DNA of 62,352 nucleotides, counting the filler, from Hausera hauseri (lineage: Eukaryota): NCBI GenBank assembly GCA_046269625.1. It is 9 parts of 9 records of this genome, joined end to end, with 100 filler letters (N's around TTAATTAATTAA, not from the genome) between each part and the next. Parts side by side here need not be neighbours in the genome. Positions count along the whole stretch, not along the records: positions 22,088 to 26,645 come from JBJURY010528234.1; positions 26,746 to 31,358 come from JBJURY010504130.1; positions 31,459 to 41,556 come from JBJURY010239960.1; 6 more parts are not named here. The stretch is one strand, 5' to 3'. A program made the position numbers and the translations under genes. Below the pieces are notes generated by a model that worked only from the letters and a program-made list of their open reading frames with translations, searched no databases and was not told the DNA's origin. This document shows, in pieces, positions 23,554 through 34,849 of the stretch; position 1 is the stretch's first letter; every line of letters starts with the position of its first letter.

Positions 23554-24724
23554 CAGAGCCGGACCGAGGATCTTTTTTACCTGAGGCAGAATGGTCAATT
23601 GGCGCCCCCCCCCTTACAACCGCCGATGCAGACTGTACAGTTTTTTTTAGTTATATCTTCAACAAATTTGTTCATAAAGCGTTGAATAAACACTTCACAG
23701 GATTTAATAAGGATATAATTCAAGTAAAAAAATTAGTCAAGTATAAAATAGCCCAAATTTAACACAATCGTAATTAAAATACCTTACAGAGCCTAATTAT
23801 GCAAAAATTAAACACCATGTAGAAATTACAAATCGCCTTTAATAAGTTAGTCATTTGTTCGCGCAACTTCCATTGTTAACATTCGGTAACATATTTTAAG
23901 TGTTCTTCAGACTGTGTTCAGCGGAATCCCAGGGTTCCACGAGGGACTCCAAGGGGATCACGAGCCGAAGCAAAATAATAAAATAAATATCTGCAAACTT
24001 TAAAATATTTATGATTTAATAAAATTTACAATGTGAACTAGACTTACCAAGAAAAAAGAATAAATTCATTAATATTAATAAAACATGTTCATCACAAAGG
24101 CAGATGGGATTACGCAAATTTTTTTTCACATTTAAGGATTCCGCGGATCAACAAAGTTTGAAGACCACTGATCTACACTGTGGCTAACGTGTCAGAATAA
24201 TGTGTACAAATCTATTTTAAGTGTTTAAAGTTTAATTTTGCTTGCTATAATCTAGAATCTAGAGGAAGTAGGCATATGAAATTCTTTGATTCAGGTCCGT
24301 ATAGGAGTGAAAGGAAAGGGGTCTTAAAATGCATTGTAGCCTACACAAATGGTTCTCATCAGCACCTCCTGATGAGGTGCAGAAATTTTTAGTACATAAA
24401 TGGAACATTCATTCTACCCCAAGGGGCGATGGCTTTGCTACAGTGCACCTTTTTTTAATTCTGAACCTTCAGCGCCCCCATTGAGAATCACTCCTCTAGA
24501 CAGAGTAAATGTAGTGTAGAATGTGTTGTAGATGACAGCTCGTGCATATGCATGAGTATGATTTATATTTTTCCGCTCACTACCTATAATCACAAACTAT
24601 ATGAAAAAGATAGTAATATTTTTTATAAATATTGAGATTAACAATTTTACTTTTATTGGGCATTTTTATTTTTTACATCGATTTTGGCGCCTCTTACCGT
24701 GGCCTCACTCTCGGGCCGGCTCTG
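23554..24724. mobile_element. hAT-like non-autonomous DNA transposon with nested insertions
   Basis: TIRs CAGAGCCGGACCGAG / CTCGGGCCGGCTCTG; near-duplicated flanks gtagac(a)c; same TIR family as 25480-25654. Confidence 0.6.
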
Positions 24725-25479
24725 GTAGACACTTTTATAAATGGTATGTTTCTGTCTCAGCACCAGTCTGACTCAGTAATACGACTATTCTTTTTACCCT
24801 GTCCCATTCTGCACGGATGGTGAGAGGACAAAAACATAGATAAGTGACATCGGTCTTACCTTTCCTCTCCCATTTCCTTTACTTTTACTTTTCAGTGTTA
24901 GATTTGCATTTCTTGTACACTAGGATATCTCTCACCCCAATGGTTTTTCTTTAATTACCGGGCTCTGTTCTCCAACTACCCTTTTTTGCATTTTCACAAT
25001 CAGGCTTATTTATCAACGGTGTAATAGACCCTCCCTTTTTTAACCTCTGCCCCCTCCCGTCCCCAGACTGGCCAAAAATTTTCTGGTCACCTTAACTTAC
25101 ATCAACAAGCACATTTGAGATTTTTTACAATTTAATATGCTGAGTAAAAAAATGCAATGCGAAAAATTCATCGATGAGTGGAACACCCGCATTTTTTGGG
25201 CGCAATAAAACGAAAATCGTATTGTTGTTCTTTTTTTTTTTTAATAAAATTCAACTGTAAAACTACTGGGCCAAATTTGGAAAAAAAGCCAAATATCGCT
25301 CTCAGGGTGGTAATGACCAAAAATTAAACCTATAACTTTAACCACTTTAGAGTTATTGCAAAAAAAAAATTGCTTTTTTTAAGCTATTCAGACCTCATTT
25401 AAAGTTATTGAATGCGTGGATAAAAGTGAAAACGCAGAACACGAAACCGATGTTTGTTTTAATCAAATTAAATTGCTTG

Positions 25480-25654
25480 CAGAGCCGGATCGAGGGTGAG
25501 GCAGGTGAGGCACTTGCCTCAGGGCGCCACGATACGGGGGCGCCAAAATCGATGGAAAAAATACGAATTCTCAATAAACTTTAACTATTTAACTATTTAG
25601 GGGCGCCAATTTAACCTTCTGCCTCAGGTGAAAAAATACCTCGATCCGGATCTG
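25480..25654. mobile_element. hAT-family MITE
   Basis: TIRs CAGAGCCGGATCGAGG / CCTCGATCCGGATCTG with a perfect 8-bp TSD ATTGCTTG (25472-25479, 25655-25662). Confidence 0.9.
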
Positions 25655-26645
25655 ATTGCTTGATAAGGTTTGAGAATGCAAAGGAAAGAGCGGTAGTCGG
25701 AGCAGTAAACAAGCAGTAACCAAGACTGGCTATATGATACTGATGGCCCTGTGCCCAGAAAAAAATTGCGGCCCCTATTTATATCAATCCCCCATCTCTA
25801 CAAATTTGGTGGCCCTTGTCATTTATGACACCTTGGAATATGCAGCCCCTAAAATTTGGTAGTTTTATGTACTTAACAACACATGCCTAAATCTGCCCAT
25901 ATCGAGATTTGGGGGGGGGGCTATAAAAGGTAAAGGCCGCGGACATCGGGCAGAAGCCTACAGTGGCACCAGTAACAATGTTTCCTCTATTGTTTTTTTT
26001 ACCAGTCTGCTTTTTTTTTTTTTTTGTTAGTTACACAAATTAAAGAAAGAGGTGGCAGGTGATGTAAGCTTTTAGGGGCACATGTCTTGGGTTTGGAGCT
26101 AGAGGAGCCCCCAGACAGAATGCTTCATCAATAGAGCGCATTTTAACAAGTTAAAAGAATTACAGCTAAAACAATCGAAATCCCCTTTTTACTCTTCAGT
26201 GTAATGCAGTATTTCGCAAACTAGGGGCGGTCGGCTAGGAGGCTTTATGTGGCCGGTCTAAAGCCTCTTGGATGTGATATTTAAAGAAATAATAAATAGC
26301 TTATCTTCCTTATTTTAGTTATCATGTCCTTAAAACCTAAATAGATGCAACCAGTTGTGCCTAAATCGTTCCCAGTTCCCTATTGTAGTCTTTCAAGAAC
26401 TGATGTTTGCGGAACACAGGTCTAATAGGTAGATCTGAGTGATTAATTCATTTAAACTAAAATCAATAAATAGCTTTTAAATGGTTTAAAAATGAAAGGA
26501 AAAGTAGACTATAACATATTATTACTTTTCTGGAATAGTGGTGTATACACGCAAAAATCACAAATTTTTCTCGGGGGGGGGGTCGTTTTTCTCCGGGGGG
26601 GCACTGGAATTTCTCCGGGGGGGGGGGGGGGGTTTTCCCCCCCCA

Positions 26646-26745
26646 NNNNNNNNNNNNNNNNNNNNNNNNNNNNNNNNNNNNNNNNNNNNTTAATTAATTA
26701 ANNNNNNNNNNNNNNNNNNNNNNNNNNNNNNNNNNNNNNNNNNNN
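26646..26745. other. Artificial contig linker
   Basis: N44-TTAATTAATTAA-N44. Confidence 0.99.
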
Positions 26746-29700
26746 CTTTGGATCACTGTACTTTTTCCATTTTTGGAATGCTGCTCTTAAATTCCTGCTA
26801 ACTCTTACTGCTATTTCATGTAATTTTTGTAATAAATACTGGTGGAATTCTTCACCTTGGTATCGGAGTCTTGGTTTCAATAGGTTGTCTATAGGCAGTT
26901 TTGGTTCTCTCCCAAACATCATTTCGTAAGGGGAAAATTTTCTGCTGCCGTTCTCCATGACTCTTATCACCATTGCAGCTTGACTCAGATACAGATCCCA
27001 TTCTTTCGGCTGGTCTTGTGTATACTTAGCGATAACATCATATATCGTTGAGTGTTGCCTTTCGTTAATCCCGTTTGCTCCCGGATTGTATACTGCTGTT
27101 CTTACATGTTTAAATTTCTTTCAACGTGTCCCGCATAGCTTTGTTGACAAATTCACGTCCATTGTCGGTAACGATTATTTTCGGGCATCCATATCGAGGG
27201 ATGAACTTTTTTAGCAAGATGTCTACTGTGTTCTCTGTGGACTTATCTGGGACAGCATATAGTTCAGGCCATCCGCTGTACACGTCTACTATGTGCAGCA
27301 TGTGTTTGTTTCCTGATGCAGTTAGGGGGTGCGGTCCGGAAAGATCCAAACTTATCTTCTCGATAGGGTAATTCACGTATCCGGTTCTTGTATCGGGTGT
27401 TTTAGCACCTCCATATTCCGTAGTTTGCACATTTCACATTTCTTTACATAGTTCCCAATTTCCAGCAACATATTTTTCCAGTAATACTTTCTACTTATCA
27501 GTTCTGTAGTCCTGTCTCTGCCAAGATGTCCTAATTGGTCGTGATATTTCTGCAATACCATTTGCTTCATGCTTTGGGGTACACACAGCTGAAAATTTCT
27601 CTTCTCTTCTCCACCTACTCGATATAGTTCTCCATCATCTAATATGAATTTTTTCAACTTTTTCTGTGTTTCGGGTATTTCTGATTGTTAGCCTTCAATA
27701 ATGTGCTTTAATTCTTTGTCTTGCTGCTGTTCTGCCTTCATATCTATCTTGTTTTCTTCGGTCTCACTGTTGTCTGTTTCTAATTCTTGGGTTTCGTCGT
27801 GTTTCGTTTTTGCTGGATCAACCACTATTTGTAGCGTGTGATCATCTATTTCCGCTGTGCCTTCTTCTGTCTCTTCTCTCTGGTTGTCTTCCTCATTGTG
27901 TTTGTCTGGTATTCATGACAACAAATCGGCAATTGTGTTCTCAGGGCCTGGAATATATTCAATATTCATATTGTACCCTTGCAAATGTATGATCCACGGC
28001 TGTATCCTTTTGTTCTGAATATCTGCTCGTATCATCGCCTTCAGTGGCATATGATCGGTTTTGATTGTAAATTTGCTATTATGTAAATAGAAATTCAATT
28101 TTTGTAATGCATAATGGATTGCATAGGCTTCTTTTTCAGTCACTGACCATTTCCTTTGCGATTTAGTCAGCCTATGGGATAAAAAGTAGATCGGCTTCTC
28201 CTTGGATATTTCTTTGCCTTTAACGATCTCCTTGCCATCTTCTTGAGCTAATACCGCTCCTATCGCATATTCCGACGCATCCATATATAGCACGTATTCT
28301 TTGTTGACTTTTGGGTACGTTAGTAATGGTACTACAGTTAGACTCTCCTTCAGGTATTCAAATGCCTTTTGACAGCTTTCGTCCCACCGAAATCTTGCGA
28401 ATTTTCTCGTTAGTGCAACTAACGGTTCCGCTATTACTGAGAAATTTGGTATAAACCTTCGGTAATAATCGCATGTTCCTAAGAATCCTCGGACCTCTTT
28501 TGTGGTTTTTGGGGCTGTCATCGATCTTATCGCTACTACTTTTTCCTTGTCTGGCTGTATGCTCTGTCTAGTGATCATAAATCCAAGGTATTTAGTTTCT
28601 TCCTTTAGAAATTCAAACTTGCTTAATTTCAATTTCACTTTATGTTCATGCAACCTGTCAAACACTTTCTCCACATGTTCGAGATGGTTCTCAATGTCTC
28701 CTTTCATGAAGATCAGGATATCGTCGATGTATGTGAGTGCATATTGTTGCATGCCTTCTAATACTATGTTCATTAAAGACATGTAGGTAGCCGGGGATCC
28801 TTTTAATCCAAATGGCATAACATTCCATGCATACAATCCAGTATGCGTGCAGAACGCTCTCTTTGCCTTCGCATCTGGCGACATTTGGATACACCAGAAT
28901 CCTGATCTCGCGTCTAGCGTTGTAAAATAGGTGGTCCCGTCTAGCACTCCTAGAATATCGTCGATTAGTGGCATGGGGTAGCTCACGTTTGCCGTAATAG
29001 CGTTCAGTGCCCTGTAGTCGACGCAGAACCTATGACTTCCGTTTTTCTTCGAAACTATTACTATTAGAGATGACCATTCCGACCGGGTTCTTTCAATTAT
29101 TCCAGCTTGTAACATGTCCTCTATCGCTTTTTCTACAATTTCCCAGTTCCCGAGTGGTGTTCGGTACGGTTTCAAACTAATCGACGGGTGGTCGCCCGTC
29201 TCGATTTTCATTGTAACTGTCTGAGTTCGTCCTAGTTCCATGTCGGACAGCGCAAATACATCGGGGTGTTTGCTGACAAATTTCTCTATTCTTTCTTTGT
29301 ATGCTGGGTCTACTTTTATCGTCTCAAGTAATTTCCTTGTTCTTTCGTTGTCCTGTGTCACTTCTGCTATTACCTTGCCTTGTTTATTTCTCCAAAGTCC
29401 CTCTCGTATTTCTTTTAGTACATTGTCTCTATGTAGTCTTGTCTGCTGTCTCTCTTCCGCTTCTATACTTAATCGTATTTCTGGTTTCCTTTCTCTTTGG
29501 TTTTTTCTCTCACTGTTGAAGATTGCTTCACATTTCATTACTTGTGGTTTTTCTACTTTCGCTACACTGCAGCCTTTTTGTAATGTAATCGTTTTTCCTG
29601 TGTGGTTCGCCACTATCACCGGTATTTCTCGTCTAGTGCTGTTATTGTTATGCTCTCCCCTTCTTGCCAGTATTGGTTCTTCTTCATTACAGCTATCACT

Positions 29701-31358
29701 ATGTTGATCGAGTTCGGTCTCATGGTGATCTTTTGTTTCACCCGTATAATTGAGGCGATGTGGATATCATCTTCTAAGTCCACATATTCGTCTTCTGCCC
29801 TTATTTTCTTTAAGTCGAAGTAGATGCGGGCCTTGTTTTTTCTCAAAAAATCCCTTCCTATGATAGCACTTCTGCACATATTTCTGATCACTGGGAAGTT
29901 GTGTTTCATCGTTTTATTTCCGATCTTAAATTCTAGCTGGGTTTTTCCTAACACCTTTAACGCACTCCCCGATACTGATCTCAGGTCGATATCTTGTCTC
30001 ACCAATCTGCTTGGTCTTTTCAGCATTTTGTAGACCCTTTTGCTGATGATACTTACTTGGGCTCCTGTGTCAATTAGGCATCTTACCCTGACTTTCCCGA
30101 AGTAGATTATGCATGAGCTCGGATCTTCTGTATAATTTATTTCATATCTTCTTTTCAGTTTTTCTCTTCCTTGGTTGTTTCTACAGTCTCTGCTTTTGTT
30201 CGTTGCTTCGGTCTGTGTTCGTAGTTGTTTCCTTTCATTCGTTGTTGTTCCATTCGTTGTTTGGGCCAGGGTCGTTGTTCTTTGGGTTTTGGTGTATGGT
30301 TGTTAATTTCCTTCTTATAATTGGGAATGGGTGGGACTTGACTTTGGAGTTTGTTTTCTGTTTCTTCCTTGGTGTGTTTCCTGTTTCTGGTTTCATCAAT
30401 TTCCATTGGTTCTAGTTCTTGTCTTTTGCGTTCGTCGTTGCTTCTGTTTCTATGATATTGTATATTTTTGTTTGTTGTTCCCCTTCTGTTTTGACAGCGT
30501 CGTTGCCTCGTACTTACTGATATTTGCTTTCTCTTTTCATCCTCGCAGTATCTTTGTCTCGGTTCTCTAGGTACTTGGTAGGGACATGTTGCTTCTTGGA
30601 TTCAAGTTTCTTTTCGTCCTTTCATATTTTCTACTGTTCGTTTCTTGGTATGTTCTGTACTTATCTCTGTTCATAAATTCTCTCTTGTTATCTCTTCTCG
30701 GGGTTGCCATTCTATAATTTCCTTCTTTTGGTTCTCTTCGTCTCATAATTCTGGTTTCGTATCTGTCTGTTTTCATCTGTGTTGGTCTAATAGCTTCGTT
30801 TCTGATTCCCCTTGGCTTTTTCCTTTGACTATAGTACTCTGTGTTATGCTGACGAGCCCTTTCTCTTTGCCTATTCTGTATGGGGTTTGCTCTACTTCGA
30901 ACTTCTTGCTTCGCTCTCTTATTTATACCGTTGATTGCTTCCTTCGGCTCCCTACTTCGCCAGAAGCTCAGATCAAAGTGGGGTTGCCGTTTCCCTGCTG
31001 TGTCTGATTTCTAACTTCTCTTGTCTCATTTGTGTTGCTCGGCCTGCAAACTCTCGCAAGGTGACCTTCTTTGCCAAATTTGTAACAATTTTTATTATTT
31101 CCCGTCTTCGGTCCAGTATTATTCGACTTTGCTGTTTTGCTTCTGCATTCTCTTGCTATGTGCCCTATTTTCCCACAACTGAAACACTGTGTTCTCTTCT
31201 CAACTTCTTGAACTAACTTTCTGTCTTCAGATCTCTTTTCTCTGTGTCATTCATGTTCTAGTGTTCTTCTGTGCCATCTCAGACGGTACTGATCCACTTC
31301 CATCTGTTCTTCACTTCTGTCGTCGTACTTTTCTTTACCTAGTCTCATATTTACTCTT
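26746..31358 (-). mobile_element. Ty3/Gypsy retrotransposon internal region (low-complexity gag-side region, PR, RT, RNase H, IN), mildly degraded
   Basis: CLIDTGAQVS (about 30052-30084), RFCVDYRAL, MPFGL, YIDD, DASEYAIG, TEKEAYA, TDH, HDQLGH...CEMC, DLSGP, TDNGREF. Confidence 0.95.
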
Positions 31359-31458
31359 NNNNNNNNNNNNNNNNNNNNNNNNNNNNNNNNNNNNNNNNNN
31401 NNTTAATTAATTAANNNNNNNNNNNNNNNNNNNNNNNNNNNNNNNNNNNNNNNNNNNN
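31359..31458. other. Artificial contig linker
   Basis: N44-TTAATTAATTAA-N44. Confidence 0.99.
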
Positions 31459-32930
31459 AATATCGTTATGTATAATAGTAGTAGTATATCAAACAATATA
31501 GACGGATCAAGAAGAAGGGGACACGGAGATATAGTAATGGATAAAAGGACAGGAAAAAGTACGAACATTTATGAAAACGGAAAATTTCCAGGAAGTATCC
31601 TTTAATGGAATGGCGTAAAGTGGGAACGATACGCAGTTCTTCACGCTGGATGAATTGTATGTCGAACAGATATCATACAGGAAGTTTAATGGATGGCCAG
31701 GAATGAAATGAAGGATACAAGACAGATGGAAAGATTGCTTTTTGGAAACGGGGCCTGGGTACATGTCATAAGCAAGAAGACCGTGGATAAACCTGCAAAC
31801 ACACATAAAGAGAAATTAGATACCACACTACGATATGCGAACAATGGCCCCTTAGATTGCCCGGCACACCGACAACAGACGTAGAAATCAAAGGTCTAAG
31901 GAGACGTGTAACATTCCCAGTAGTGTTGGAATTAGGCCCAGAAATAATAGGTGGTGTGAACCTGCAAAATGCATTCGGAATAGAACTGGGATAGAAACGC
32001 TCGGAAACGGAAATATTACAGTAAGATATGTAACTTGGACTCCAATTTCGGCCGTAAGGTGACTAACCAAGAACGAGTCAACAGGCTTAAGGAAGCTCTT
32101 CAGGTGAGTGACAACAAAAAGCTACTGAACATTATACATAAATACCCAGAGGTATTCATGGCCGACAAGTGGGACATAGGGTACACATCTTTCGTCAAAC
32201 ACCGAATAGACTCGACAGGAGCGCTTATTAATATCAAACTTCACAGGCAACCAGTAAACCTAGAAAAAAAGATCTACGAGACCATCCAAAACCTATGGGA
32301 AAACGGCATTATCAAGCCATGTAACTCAGCATGGAATACACCAATGATATGCTTATGGAAGAAAGACAAAAACGATATCAGAATATGCATGGACTTCATA
32401 CAGCTGGATATTATAATGGAACGGCAGGCCTTCCCCATGCCTAACGTGGTAGAGATATTGGACAGGTTATACGGGACTAAGTTTTCACGTCAATCGACCT
32501 ATGGAATGCATACTACCAAGTGAAGCTAGAAGAAAACTCCAAATTGAAGACGGCATTTTCAACCAAATTAGGGCAATTCTGTTTCAGGAGGATACCATTC
32601 GGTATAGCAGCAGCCCGAGGAACCTTTCAAGAACTAATGAATAAAGTACTAGGTGAAATTGAACAAACAGTGGTATACCTAGATGATATACTAATCTTCT
32701 TTATCTAGAAGAGCACTATAGGATACTAGAAGAGGTATTGCAGCGGATCAGGTAAGTAGGTCTCAGAGTAAACCCAGAGAAAAGTCACATCCTCATGAAA
32801 GAACTAAAATTTTAGGGCACATACTGAATGACAAGGGAATACAGACAGACCCATCAAAACTGGAAGCAATTAAGTCCTTTGAGAAACCAAAATGTGTCAA
32901 GAATTTGAGAAGCTTCTTAGGGATCTGCTG
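31459..32930 (+). pseudogene. Ty3/Gypsy pol fragment (RT), truncated
   Basis: SAWNTP, IRICMDF, FPMP, KTAF, PFGI, YLDD, LGH, LRSFLG; ends abruptly at about 32930. Confidence 0.9.
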
Positions 32931-33200
32931 AAAATTGTTGAAAATATCAGTCAGTAACGCACGAGAATGATCAGAGACCACGTAATATGCAAATATAAAT
33001 CCAAAGCAAAATCTGATACCGTAAAATCCAAAACTAAAATTCAAAAATCAAGATGGCAAGAATCCATTTTTTATTCAAGTTTACAACTTGAAGAAAATAA
33101 CTTTACATTATTTAAACAAATTTGTTTTTATCAAAAAAGATTTATACACGCAAAGTAACGTACAAATATGTGTGGTGTCTCGATTTGAAAATAATTGACT

Positions 33201-34830
33201 TCAGCCGTTTAAGACACTGGGATTAGAGGCAACTATACCTGGGACGACTTTTGACTGAAAGGATTTGTTTTCATCGATGGGTTTAATTGCATGAAGTGAA
33301 CCTTTACCAGAAATCGGGATTATTTTGATATCTTTTGAAACGATTTGCGTTCGGATATTGCTACTCGATGGAATTGTAATGACAATCGACGACTGATGGT
33401 CGTTTTGTGAATCAATTTCTGTATTCAACAAAGTCGGCATACCACTAACACCGTTAGGACACAATTACTGTTCAAGTTTAGAAGTTCTAAAAGTAGAGAA
33501 TTGGAATTTAAAAAGGAGTCAGATCTTTATTCAACAGCATTTCTTTAACAGAATTTGACGCTCGTCGGATTTCCGGAATGCACGTGCTAAGGTCGTAAAA
33601 TTTATTGGGAAGTACGTTTTCATAATTTTGAGTCGTATAATCGAGTAGCAATTTACTAACGTTTTCTTGAAACCTTCTAACTCGTCCTTCTGCTTTTAAG
33701 TTCTTTAGATCCGGTTGCATTAGTAACAAAACTTTCAAACACGAGAATTCTCGAATATCAAATTTCAGCCGTTTTAACTTCTGAGTCATGCTAAGAATAA
33801 ATGCAACGATATCTTTAGTACCTAATTCACAGGCTGCATCGAGATTAATGCATTTTCCAGATGTCAAATGGATTTCTTTGGGATCACCCAAACTGCGGTA
33901 ACAGAAGTCCAAAATAAGAAGATCCGACCAGCAATTTTGCACGAGAAGAATCTAATCGTCTGTATCGACAGCCGAAAACTCTGGTAATGATCGCTATTAT
34001 CGTACCATTCGATGTAATCGTTGCTCGGCCAGTTTTAGTAGAACTCTATAAACAGTCAAATCATCATCTTCAATGACTGGCCCGAGAACGTCTTCTTTTT
34101 GAGATGACGTTTCTTCAATAGCAACAATATTTTCAAGAATCGGCATCATGCTTGTCCGGCCTCTAGAACTTAATGCTCTATGTAAGCTGCCATTAGACGT
34201 TCGAGTAAAATCAAAAGAATTAGTAGTGGGCTGAGGAGCACTAGGCGCTGTGAGAGTATTACTACATGTATTTGAACTGATCTGAAGAATATAATTAACG
34301 TATCTCTGAGATTCGATGGAATCTGCTGTAAACTTCTGAGAAATTTCATCACTAGATGATTCGGGAAAATTATATCGATTAATTCTATTTCGTGCACTAG
34401 GATAAAGACTACGACCACCGCGTGATCAATCATTTCTAACTGCCTCTATTCTCATCCCTTTTTCCAAGCACCTTTGAAATCGACAAGATGGACATTTTTT
34501 TCTAGTGTGCTTATTGATAGCACATGTTTCACTACCAGACTGCTGAACATGACAAACATAATCCATATGGTTTTGAACACTTTTCTTGAAAAATCCCTTA
34601 CATGATTCGCAACAAAAGATTCCATAATAGTAACCGCTTATAGAATCCTCACAAATAGGACAATGGCCCATGTGGGCATATTGACGAACATATTGCTGGT
34701 CAGACAACATTTCTCTATTCTGAAAGTAATGTGCTTTTGCAACTTTTAAGCGTTTCGCACAGAGTAGGCACGAACTCCATAACGTGTTTAGTTTAATAAC
34801 TTGTGTAATTGTAGTCTCTGCACTCTTCAC
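33201..34830 (-). pseudogene. Hr39: NR5-family nuclear receptor (HR39/FTZ-F1-beta-like), intronless, with nonsense codons and a frameshift
   Basis: [29 protein letters not shown]...[26 protein letters not shown] (FTZ-F1 box); LBD QNCWSDLL; AF-2 SLLLELL after a frameshift. Confidence 0.8.
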
Positions 34831-34849
34831 AGTTTGTTGCCTCGGTAAT

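Noticed and set aside
24361-24390. CTGATGAG...GAAA as a hammerhead ribozyme
   Set aside because: No stem II between the core motifs; it is a simple gcacctc/gaggtgc hairpin
29240-31410. Hydrophobic Phe/Leu/Cys-rich plus-strand ORFs as membrane proteins
   Set aside because: They are the antisense of an A/G-rich Gypsy coding strand
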